25,211 bases of DNA, taken from positions 1 to 25,211 of IMG/VR virus record IMGVR_UViG_3300038829_000067. One strand, written 5' to 3'. The notes under the pieces are model-generated. The model was not told where the DNA came from. It made no database searches and worked only from the letters and a program-made list of their open reading frames with translations. Shown here piece by piece: positions 17,585 through 25,211 of the stretch. The DNA comes from a virus (lineage: Duplodnaviria; Caudoviricetes). Position 1 is the first letter of the stretch. Every line of letters begins with the position of its first letter. The position numbers were made by a program, and so were the translations under genes.

Positions 17585-19665
17585 TGCCTACGGATCTCGA
17601 ACGGCGCTTTGCTGAGTTCAATGACCAGGCTGCGCGAGAAGGAAAGGCGGCAGACGAACGCTCTGTCGAAGAGCGATTCCGTGCTCATCAGGTAGAACAA
17701 GGACGGGGCGGCGTGATTCGCCAAGGCGAGCCACAGCTAAATTTCCCTGTGGGGGCCACGGTGGGCGGCATAGTTGGAGCGGGAACTGGCTTGGCAGTGA
17801 CAGGTGGGAACCCGGTTGGGGCGATGGTAGGCGGGGCGGCAGGTGTAGCATTAGGAGAAGTGGCCCAACAGGGCTATGAACTCCTTAAAGACCCAGGTGC
17901 CGCGCCGCGTACCATTGGGGAATCAGTGGCTCGCATTGCCGAGCAGGAAGCCTATCAGTTGGCGGCCGAAGGCCTTGGACGACTGGGTGGCAAGCTCTTA
18001 GCGGGACGACGACTCGCGCCTGGGATTCCTGAATCTGTGACAGCGAATGAACGTCAAGCCATGACCTACATGACGCAGCGGGGCTATTCGCCAGGCTATC
18101 TCCCCGCAGAAGTAACCGAATCTCGCGGCCTCGATATTCTCCAAAACATTGCTGAGTACTCGCTCTTTGGTGGCGGGGCCATCAAGAAGTTTCGGGAGAA
18201 GCGCGACGCCGAAGTCTTTACCGATGTGGCGCAGCAACTCATTGGCGATCTGGGGCCAAAGATGACGGCGGATGAAGTGGGGCGGTCAGTGACGCAAGCG
18301 GTGGGGCGTGGTCTCGAAATGGAGAAGATCCCGATCGCGATGGAATACAACATGATTGAGCGTATGGCCGCACCAGATTATGTGCATGTGCCCACACGCA
18401 TGAAAGTGACTAGAGAGACGGCTCCCATTGAGAAAACAGCGATTGACAAAGTGACGGTCCAGAAACGCACGGGCAAAGATGCGAACAAGGATGAGCAGTT
18501 GCAAGGCATGAAAGTACGGGTGACAGAGCAAGTCCTCCAAGTCGGTGAACAGTTGCAGCGGCTCAAGGTGATGACGGATTCCAGCGAATTTCAGATCTCT
18601 GGTGCGCGAATCAATCTGACGCCACTCAAAGAAGAGTTATCTGGTGCGCTCAGAGTGGCCAAGGAGGCTGGAGGGCTGGAAGACAAGGCGATGGGCAGCA
18701 CGATGCTGCGGTTTCTGTCAGAGAAACCTGATGTGGTGAGCTACCCCGTGGCGAAACAGATCCGCACGGAATTGCGCACATTACGCGATGGATTGGCGAA
18801 CAATCCTGAAACCAAGAACGCGCCAGCGATTGGATTAGCCGATAAGGCCTATGCGTCGATGACGAATCGCATCGAAGCGGGGCTCCATGAGTATGATCCA
18901 TTCATTGCAGCACGCTGGAAAGATGTGAATTTCAGGGAAGCTGCTCGACAAGGGACGTTTAACAATGATCTGGTGCGGGCTTTGGTCCAGCATGCTGACA
19001 GGGCTGGCAGCGGAAAGCCGGAGGCCATTGTCGATCAGGTCTTTCAGCATAACAATATCAGCACCATTCAGAACGTGAAGAATGCCGTCGATGTGCCGAC
19101 GTGGGACAAGATGCTGTCGTGGCATTGGCGCGATGTCTACGAGAAAACCGAAGGGAATGCCGCCTCAATGCGTGAAGCGTTCTTCGGGGCCAAGAGTGGG
19201 CTAGGTGAGAAGGAAATGGTGCAAGCGTATGGCCCAGAGCGTGTACAGCAGTACAGGCAATTCCTGAACGCCATGGAAACGGCACAAAAGCATGCTGCAG
19301 ATAAGACGGGCACCATTTTTATCCAGTTGAAACAGCCTGGAGCGGTCATGCAACTCTCTGGCGCGGCCCTGGCTGGTCTTGGTCTGATTCAAGACGAAGT
19401 GGATATGACGCAAACGACTGCAGGCCTGGCCATCGTGATGGCTCCCAAGGTGCTCTCGCATCTCATGACGAATCCCGCGACGGCCAAATGGATTATTGAA
19501 GGCATGAAAATTCCCGCTGGCACGAAAGAGGCTGTCGCGTTGGCCTCGCGGATTCTGCCGCTGGCCTATCCACGCCTAGCGTCCACCATTGCTGAACCAG
19601 AACGGCCCGTCTCGAAAACTGGATTGCCGCCAATGCAACTGCAACCGATGGGGAATCAGCCGTGA
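17584..19665 (+). CDS. Putative internal virion/ejection protein (gp16 position)
   Basis: 693 aa helical protein with Gly-rich hydrophobic hairpin (aa ~55-92) and C-terminal hydrophobic segments; TAATG overlap. Confidence 0.7.
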   Translation: MPTDLERRFAEFNDQAAREGKAADERSVEERFRAHQVEQGRGGVIRQGEPQLNFPVGATVGGIVGAGTGLAVTGGNPVGAMVGGAAGVALGEVAQQGYELLKDPGAAPRTIGESVARIAEQEAYQLAAEGLGRLGGKLLAGRRLAPGIPESVTANERQAMTYMTQRGYSPGYLPAEVTESRGLDILQNIAEYSLFGGGAIKKFREKRDAEVFTDVAQQLIGDLGPKMTADEVGRSVTQAVGRGLEMEKIPIAMEYNMIERMAAPDYVHVPTRMKVTRETAPIEKTAIDKVTVQKRTGKDANKDEQLQGMKVRVTEQVLQVGEQLQRLKVMTDSSEFQISGARINLTPLKEELSGALRVAKEAGGLEDKAMGSTMLRFLSEKPDVVSYPVAKQIRTELRTLRDGLANNPETKNAPAIGLADKAYASMTNRIEAGLHEYDPFIAARWKDVNFREAARQGTFNNDLVRALVQHADRAGSGKPEAIVDQVFQHNNISTIQNVKNAVDVPTWDKMLSWHWRDVYEKTEGNAASMREAFFGAKSGLGEKEMVQAYGPERVQQYRQFLNAMETAQKHAADKTGTIFIQLKQPGAVMQLSGAALAGLGLIQDEVDMTQTTAGLAIVMAPKVLSHLMTNPATAKWIIEGMKIPAGTKEAVALASRILPLAYPRLASTIAEPERPVSKTGLPPMQLQPMGNQP

Positions 19666-21125
19666 GTACGTTTGCTCAGAGAGTTCAACTCGGCCCCCTC
19701 TTCACCACTGGCGTCATTCAAGGCGCGGCGAAGCTCTACCATTACGAGGCAGGCACCTCGACGCTCAAGAATATCTGGTCAGACCGTGGCATGACCACGC
19801 CGTTGGCTCAACCATTCCTGTCTGACGCGGATGGGATATGGAACCTGTTTGCTGATGGATTGTACAAAATTGTCCTATCCGCGTCTGACGACACCGTGCT
19901 GTATACGCTTGACAATTGGCAGCTCATCGACCGCACCGACCCGACGTTTGGAGAAGGCACGGTGATTTCGTCTGCTTCGACGATTGCAGTAGGGCCTGAG
20001 ATTTTTGCCCATATCAGCGGCTCGACGAACATCTCGACTATTACTGGCACGATTCCCTTCTTCTGGGCGGTCTTCGATGGCACGCTTACACTGGTCCATT
20101 CATCCAGCTTGCTGTGTCCTGGCAGTGTGAACATGACGGTCAAGACCGGCGATGTGCTGTTCTTCTTAAATGACGGAAGCGGTGTCTGGCGCGTGGGTGG
20201 ACAACTCGCCTCCTCGCTCCTCGTGGGGTCAGAGACGGTCCAGGTGACGGTCACGGATACGCGGACCAATACGGTCGATGTCCCATTTACCGTCACGTCG
20301 CAAACGACCGGCACGCCAGCGGCAGGCATCGGGACGGGGATTCTTGTGCAAGCAGAGAGCGCCGATGAAGCGCCGAGCAATTTCGGACAGATCGAGTTCG
20401 TGGCGTCGGATGTCGGCAGCGGGACCGAGGATACCTACTTCCAAGTCTGGCTACGGGTGGCTGGGGCAGCCTTGTCCGCTGCCTATCGTTTCGTGGCCAC
20501 AACCGCCTTCAACGCCATCTTCACCCATGCCAATACCGCTGACAGAACGTATACCTTACCAAACGAGTCCACAACATTGGTCGGGACAACTGACACCGCG
20601 ACGCTCACCAATAAAACATTGCAAGCATCGGCGGGTGCCTCACTGGTATGGATTGAGACGCTCGATATGTCGTCGGATAACATCTTTAACAGTCTGGGCT
20701 CCGCCTACGATGAGCATATCTTTCAGCTCATCTCGGTGACACCGGGCACGAACGCGCAAGACCTCCAAGTGACCTTTTCGACGGATAACGGATCGTCCTT
20801 TCTCGCCACGGGCTACTCGCATCATTATGCTGGCGCGGTGGCGGACACGAATGGCGATACGGATATTCCGATCATCGTGGGCATTGCCAGCGACACCATG
20901 ATTGGAGGCGTCTACGGACACGTCCATCTGTACGAACCGCATTCGGCACGGAACAAAAAGATCAACTGGGATGTGGTAGGCCCGTCAGGAGTCAACCTCG
21001 CCTTTCGCGTGGCTGGGGCCGGGATCAATACGGCAAACGGCACGGCGGTGGACGCGATTAAATTTGCGTATGCCTCAGGGACGATTGTGGGCACGATTCG
21101 CCATTACGGGGTGAAAAATGCGTAG
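19662..21125 (+). CDS. Tail fibre/spike protein 1
   Basis: N-terminal virion-attachment domain KLYHYEAGTSTLKNIWSD..PLAQPFLSDADG; TADRTYTLPN..TLVGT..TATLTNKTL shaft; C-terminal AVDAIKFAYASGTIVGTIRHYG knob. Confidence 0.85.
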   Translation: MSTFAQRVQLGPLFTTGVIQGAAKLYHYEAGTSTLKNIWSDRGMTTPLAQPFLSDADGIWNLFADGLYKIVLSASDDTVLYTLDNWQLIDRTDPTFGEGTVISSASTIAVGPEIFAHISGSTNISTITGTIPFFWAVFDGTLTLVHSSSLLCPGSVNMTVKTGDVLFFLNDGSGVWRVGGQLASSLLVGSETVQVTVTDTRTNTVDVPFTVTSQTTGTPAAGIGTGILVQAESADEAPSNFGQIEFVASDVGSGTEDTYFQVWLRVAGAALSAAYRFVATTAFNAIFTHANTADRTYTLPNESTTLVGTTDTATLTNKTLQASAGASLVWIETLDMSSDNIFNSLGSAYDEHIFQLISVTPGTNAQDLQVTFSTDNGSSFLATGYSHHYAGAVADTNGDTDIPIIVGIASDTMIGGVYGHVHLYEPHSARNKKINWDVVGPSGVNLAFRVAGAGINTANGTAVDAIKFAYASGTIVGTIRHYGVKNA

Positions 21126-21603
21126 GCCGCTGATGTTCGCTGGGCTCCTCATGGTTCCCCTCCTGTTCGGTTTTGCGTTTGCCTGGACCTCTATTACCTA
21201 TTGGGGCTTCGACGGCGTGACGCGCGCGAAAGAATGGGTGTCACCGGATGGCCGGATGAGTCTGCAAGGACAACTGCCGAACATCGGCACGGCGGTGGAT
21301 TATTGGCCAACCGCGAGCACCCTCAAGCCAACGGAGCATTCCATTGCGGAGATCACGTTGAATCGTTGCCTGTGGAGTGACCCCTGCGTGGAACGGCTGA
21401 GCCTCTCCGCGATGGTCGATCAGACGGACGGCGGGGCCTACCGTGTCAGTATCGAGAAGGGAGGCACGGGACAGCATCGCCCGCTGCTCGTGTGTTTCGA
21501 TAACGCCATTCCAGGCGGTGCGGCGGTGTGTCCGCTCAAGATCGATCCCACAGGCGTCTATATATGGACCAACGGTGGCTATACCCGCATGGGAGGACCG
21601 TAG
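21118..21603 (+). CDS. Predicted exported protein (161 aa) with tail-fibre-like segment
   Basis: Signal peptide MRRPLMFAGLLMVPLLFGFAFA (A-x-A); mature part has 4 Cys and ERLSL...IEKGGTGQHRPL fibre-like motif. Confidence 0.7.
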   Translation: MRRPLMFAGLLMVPLLFGFAFAWTSITYWGFDGVTRAKEWVSPDGRMSLQGQLPNIGTAVDYWPTASTLKPTEHSIAEITLNRCLWSDPCVERLSLSAMVDQTDGGAYRVSIEKGGTGQHRPLLVCFDNAIPGGAAVCPLKIDPTGVYIWTNGGYTRMGGP

Positions 21604-22587
21604 ATGGCCTCGACCGCCCAATTCAAGTTTTTCGGCCCGTTCTTCCAAGCAGGTGTGCTGGCAGGCTCCATCAAGCTATACCACTATGCCGCAGGGACCA
21701 CGACCCTGAAGGACGCCTGGACGGATCGGGCAAAATCGACGACGGCGGCACAGCCTGTGGTCGGTGATGCGAACGGCATCGTCTCGGCCTACTTCGATGG
21801 CCTCTACAAGCTGGTGGTCAAGGATAGTAGCGACGTGACGTTATACACCTGGGATAACGTGGACTTGGAGGAGGTGATTGAGGCCCTGCCCATCGTAGGC
21901 GGGAATCTGACAGGAGGACTCAATACCGCAAAATCCACGGTGGCCTCTGCGACTAACCCGGATATCTTTGCCGTGACCATCGGCAACACGATTGACTACA
22001 CCGGTACGGCGACCTGTACCGGATTCGCGGCCTCCCCACAAGCGGGAGCGCAACGGACGTTGATCTGTTCTGGCGCGGCTGTTTTTACCGCGAGCGCCAA
22101 TATGCTGATCGATGGCGTGGCCAGTGGCAGCAATTTCACGGCGGCGGCAGGGGCGAAGATATTAGTCGTCGCACTCACCACGACCGTATTTCATTTGGCA
22201 TTGCTCTCCGTGCCGATGTATCAAGAGGGCACCTGGACCCCAAGTGTCGGAGGGACGGCAACCTATACCCTCCAAATAGGTTCATATGTGAAAATTGGCA
22301 ATGTCGTCTATGTCCGATGCGTGATGACGGTGAACGTCTTAGGAACTGGCAGCACGACCACCATTTCTGGTCTGCCATTTATCGCCTACGAGGACACAGG
22401 CGTTATTGTGGGCCAAACGGTTGGGTTAGCCGTGTCTCCAGTCTCTGTGCATGGACTGGTCTTGGCTGTGACATCCACGATTAGTATGCGAGGGAGAACA
22501 GCCGCCGCAAATGCGGATTCTGTGCAAGCGGTGTTTGGTAATGGGGCATCAGTCATCATATCTGGCATGTACAGAATTTTGTCTTAG
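21604..22587 (+). CDS. Tail fibre/spike protein 2 (paralogue of fibre 1 N-terminus)
   Basis: KLYHYAAGTTTLKDAWTD..AQPVVGDANG; C-terminal YQEGTWTP...GSYVKIGNVVYV...ISGLPF receptor-binding domain pattern. Confidence 0.85.
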   Translation: MASTAQFKFFGPFFQAGVLAGSIKLYHYAAGTTTLKDAWTDRAKSTTAAQPVVGDANGIVSAYFDGLYKLVVKDSSDVTLYTWDNVDLEEVIEALPIVGGNLTGGLNTAKSTVASATNPDIFAVTIGNTIDYTGTATCTGFAASPQAGAQRTLICSGAAVFTASANMLIDGVASGSNFTAAAGAKILVVALTTTVFHLALLSVPMYQEGTWTPSVGGTATYTLQIGSYVKIGNVVYVRCVMTVNVLGTGSTTTISGLPFIAYEDTGVIVGQTVGLAVSPVSVHGLVLAVTSTISMRGRTAAANADSVQAVFGNGASVIISGMYRILS

Positions 22588-22614
22588 CCACATTTAAGAA
22601 TTATATTCTTCTCT

Positions 22615-22767
22615 ATGCTGACATGGTTACTCCTCACGATCCTGATTCTCACTGGCTGGACCGGCTTGATGGGCTGGAGTGTAGAGCATGTGGAGAATGT
22701 GTGCCTTGAACGAAACAATCTACTCTTGCAGGAAGAACGAGAGGGGCCGTTGCAGGTCTGTCGATAA
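22615..22767 (+). CDS. Small membrane/exported peptide (50 aa), absent from the ORF track
   Basis: MLTWLLLTILILTGWTGLMGWSVEHVENVCLERNNLLLQEEREGPLQVCR; fills the gap between fibre 2 and the next gene; no clear SD. Confidence 0.45.
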   Translation: MLTWLLLTILILTGWTGLMGWSVEHVENVCLERNNLLLQEEREGPLQVCR

Positions 22768-22786
22768 TGCTTTATAAGGAGAATCC

Positions 22787-23350
22787 ATGATGAACCGATT
22801 GCATACATTCTGTACGATGCTCTTCCTAGTGCTCGCCATCAGTGCGAGTCCGGCCATTGCCACAGATATCACGCTCCAAAACACCGATGGTACGAAAACC
22901 ACGCTCAAAGGCACCAGCGGCGCTGCGGCGGTGACGATGGACACCCTCCTCAACATCGAAATCCCCGCGCCGCCCGTGCGCTACATCAGCGTGGGTGGAG
23001 CCAGTGGCGAGGACAAGCACGCCGTCTGTACCGGCCCGTGCCGCATCGAATCCATCTTAGCAGGCAACGTGGCCGCGACCGTGGCCTTTCTCAAGTGTGA
23101 GAACGATACGGCAGCGAATACCGCGCCGGGTACCGATACGCCAGAGTTCAGTATGCCGATTCCAGGAGCCACGACGGGTGATGGCTTCATGGCGGCATTC
23201 CCTGTGGGCAAGTACTTCTCGAATGCCCTCACTTGCTGGATCGTCACTGGCAAGGCCGATAGCGATGTGGCTGAAGTGGGGGCCAACGACGTGCATCTCA
23301 ACTACGACGCCAAGCTCTGCGCCGTGGGGGCGGTGTATCCACAATGCTAG
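22787..23350 (+). CDS. Predicted exported jelly-roll-like virion-type protein (187 aa)
   Basis: TAAGGAG SD; signal peptide ending SASPAIA; AFLK....PGTDTPEFSMPIP...GKYFSNALTCWIVTGKADSD pattern of phage structural proteins; 6 mature Cys. Confidence 0.75.
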   Translation: MMNRLHTFCTMLFLVLAISASPAIATDITLQNTDGTKTTLKGTSGAAAVTMDTLLNIEIPAPPVRYISVGGASGEDKHAVCTGPCRIESILAGNVAATVAFLKCENDTAANTAPGTDTPEFSMPIPGATTGDGFMAAFPVGKYFSNALTCWIVTGKADSDVAEVGANDVHLNYDAKLCAVGAVYPQC

Positions 23351-24132
23351 GAGGTATGGTGAGACGCACATTCCTGGGGTGCCTACTCGCGCTGCTACTG
23401 TGGCCCGCGCAGGGGTGGGGGGCGTTTCCTCAAACCGCTGCGCCAACGGAAACCAGTGTCAACACCGGGTCCACGACCCATAACATCTCGATGCCCGCTA
23501 CCGTCAATAGTGGGGATCTCTTAGTTGCACTCATTGGGATGAGTTCTGCTGGGGATAATAACGTAGACCCTGTGATTGCAACCCCGTCAGGATGGACTCG
23601 GTTGGACTATGACACAGATTTTCAGGGCAGCGCGAGCGATGGAGCGGGTGGAGTATATGTCAAGATCGCGGCAGGGACAGAGGGGGGGGCGACGGTGGAT
23701 TGGGCCACCACGGCGACAACGAGGGGTGTAGGCCAGGTATATCGTGTGACGGCATGGCAAGGCACGTCGAGCGGGTGGTCTATTGCTAAGTTGTCTGGTT
23801 TTGTTACCACGACTCCGGACCCTGCATCCCTCACGCCATTGTTTGGTTCCTCCGATACGTTATGGCTTGTCATGGGGTTCTGGCTCCAAGAACTTGAACT
23901 AATCACAGTCGCGTCAACCAATTATACAAATCCTGTTGATACGATTACGTCCTTCACGGGTTCTAATGACATGACGATTGGTTCAGAGAGACGAGAATTA
24001 GCAGCGGCGTCAGAAGATCCTGGGACGTTCACCTTGGACGCCCTGGCGCACGGAACCGTGTGGACGGTTGGTATACAAGCTGCGGGTGCCGCTGGTGCAA
24101 GAAGAACGAAGTTGCTGTCATTTGGGGGATGA
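23344..24132 (+). CDS. Predicted exported beta-rich adhesin-like protein, Tat-like signal
   Basis: RRTFLGCLLALLLWPAQGWG signal (true start may be 23356 or 23359 after AGGAGG); mature SMPATVNSGDLLVA...TPSGWTRL pattern of phage minor tail domains; C-terminal RRTKLLSFGG. Confidence 0.75.
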   Translation: MLGGMVRRTFLGCLLALLLWPAQGWGAFPQTAAPTETSVNTGSTTHNISMPATVNSGDLLVALIGMSSAGDNNVDPVIATPSGWTRLDYDTDFQGSASDGAGGVYVKIAAGTEGGATVDWATTATTRGVGQVYRVTAWQGTSSGWSIAKLSGFVTTTPDPASLTPLFGSSDTLWLVMGFWLQELELITVASTNYTNPVDTITSFTGSNDMTIGSERRELAAASEDPGTFTLDALAHGTVWTVGIQAAGAAGARRTKLLSFGG

Positions 24133-24923
24133 ACATGGACATAAGCCGAGCGGTGTTTTCCATCTTATTCTTGCTGATCGCTGGATTGTTTAGTGTGCCG
24201 CTGAGTCATGCGGTCTGCGATCCCCATTGCCAGAATGTCAGTGTGATTGGACAGTTGACCGCGTTTGAAGATGTTTCGATCACAACCAGTGGGGGTAATC
24301 ACATCCTGATCGTGGCCATTCGCAATGGGAATGGCACTGGCGCGATTACATCAACGATCACCAACACGTCGCTGACATGGGTGCTTGATATTCACCGAGG
24401 GAGCAATCAGGGCTGGGGGCACGATCTATACTGTGCGATTGTGCCGGGTGCTGGATTACAAAGTTTCAGGGTCAACACCAATAATGGGGCTGTGGGCATT
24501 CGTATCCTTACTGAAGAATACACGTCTGGGGTTACGTGTCCTGCCTCTCACGTTGCGGGAGCGACTGGTACTGGAACGACTATTGATAGCGGTGGCATTA
24601 CCACGTCAGCCGCAGCTCTTATTATTGCTGCAGGAGCCACGGATGGAGATGCGAATGGCGACAACGCTGGATGGAGTGCTGGGTCTGGCTTCAGCATTCG
24701 TAACCCCGCTTGCAACACAGGTGTTGAACCTGACCAAAAGGTATGCGTGGAAGATAAAGGCATTCAAGCGAGTGGCACGTATAATGGTACGTTTGGGTTG
24801 GTATTTAGTGATTCGTGGGATGGTATTGTCGCGTCATATAATGTTGAAGTGGTGGCTCCCCCAGCCTACGCCCGCCCCGCCGCAGGGTACCGGCCACCCG
24901 CAGGCCAGCGCCCCGTACGGTAA
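24129..24923 (+). CDS. Predicted exported beta-rich adhesin-like protein (264 aa)
   Basis: ATGA overlap with previous stop gives start 24129; signal peptide ending VPLSHA; 6 mature Cys; Pro/Arg-rich tail RPAAGYRPPAGQRPVR. Confidence 0.75.
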   Translation: MNMDISRAVFSILFLLIAGLFSVPLSHAVCDPHCQNVSVIGQLTAFEDVSITTSGGNHILIVAIRNGNGTGAITSTITNTSLTWVLDIHRGSNQGWGHDLYCAIVPGAGLQSFRVNTNNGAVGIRILTEEYTSGVTCPASHVAGATGTGTTIDSGGITTSAAALIIAAGATDGDANGDNAGWSAGSGFSIRNPACNTGVEPDQKVCVEDKGIQASGTYNGTFGLVFSDSWDGIVASYNVEVVAPPAYARPAAGYRPPAGQRPVR

Positions 24924-24934
24924 CAGGAGGCCCC

Positions 24935-25165
24935 ATGTCCCTGTCCTTAGCACAGAAGATCGAGCAGCTCAAGGCGCGGTACCAAGGTGAGCACTATTTG
25001 CCGCCGCATGAGGCCTTGGCGATCGTAGACGCCTTACGGCTCATGCTAGAGATTGAGCAGTCGAGAATCACGGCCATTGCGGAGGCACAGATCCGGCTCG
25101 ATGGGCGGATGCACCAGCTCGAGCGCGTGGTCGCGACGTACAATCTTGATGCGAGGCGTGGCTAA
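24935..25165 (+). CDS. Hypothetical protein (76 aa, coiled coil)
   Basis: CAGGAGG SD; helical C-terminus RLDGRMHQLE. Confidence 0.7.
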   Translation: MSLSLAQKIEQLKARYQGEHYLPPHEALAIVDALRLMLEIEQSRITAIAEAQIRLDGRMHQLERVVATYNLDARRG

Positions 25166-25211
25166 TGCTGACCTTGCTGCGCGTCGGATCGTCAGACCTG
25201 GGCACCTTCGG
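25165..25211 (+). CDS. 5' fragment of a CDS, possibly DUF5675-like putative lysis enzyme
   Basis: TAATG overlap; MLTLLRVGSSDLGTF resembles the LxLxR.....GTFG start of DUF5675 proteins; only 15 codons visible. Confidence 0.4.
   Translation, partial: MLTLLRVGSSDLGTF

Noticed and set aside
22584-22808. 74-aa minus-strand ORF as a moron gene
   Set aside because: The plus-strand 50-aa ORF fits operon direction and has a coherent hydrophobic segment; no support for the minus ORF.
23344-23420. Lipoprotein lipobox (FLGC)
   Set aside because: The Cys lies before the hydrophobic region rather than after it, so signal peptidase II cleavage is unlikely.
24060-24128. Upstream extension of the 24129 gene, and the alternative-frame ORF 24385-24990
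   Set aside because: The extension overlaps the previous gene and buries the signal peptide, while the ATGA overlap at 24129 is a better start; the alternative-frame ORF overlaps two better-supported genes.
19662-25211. Diversity-generating retroelement, suggested by the BPP-1-like capsid
   Set aside because: No reverse transcriptase, Avd or TR/VR repeat pair differing at adenines was seen in this window; one could exist elsewhere in the genome.
1-25211. Genome-wide stop-codon reassignment (TAG readthrough)
   Set aside because: Genes are full length in the standard code, and TAG stops at 8060, 14602, 15862, 21603 and 23350 coincide with the start of the next gene.

Overview
The window is a continuous, all plus-strand, tightly packed virion morphogenesis module of a tailed (podovirus-like) phage or prophage, about 60% GC by eye. 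Gene order: candidate packaging signal, terminase large subunit, P22-like portal, scaffold, BPP-1 Bbp17-like major capsid and Bbp16-like cement, an unusually large (~5 kb) head-decoration block ending in an RcGTA Rcc01079-like spike base, P22-like gp4/gp10/needle-position tail genes, a cupin, three ejection proteins, two paralogous tail fibres, a cluster of signal-peptide proteins, and the start of a probable lysis gene. The most unusual signal is at 21118-24923. Four or five genes interleaved with the tail fibres encode virion-like beta-rich domains but start with cleavable export signals, and all have even mature cysteine counts (4, 2, 6, 0, 6), suggesting a phage-encoded exported, disulfide-bonded appendage or decoy system. 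Other points of interest: a 13 x ~20-aa repeat fibre whose C-terminus resembles the RcGTA spike-docking peptide, a reciprocal Walker A/B swap in TerL, a G-to-C strand skew inversion across terL, and a circularly permuted CBM-like insert in the head-tail adaptor. All family assignments come from motif recognition and synteny; no database searches were run.
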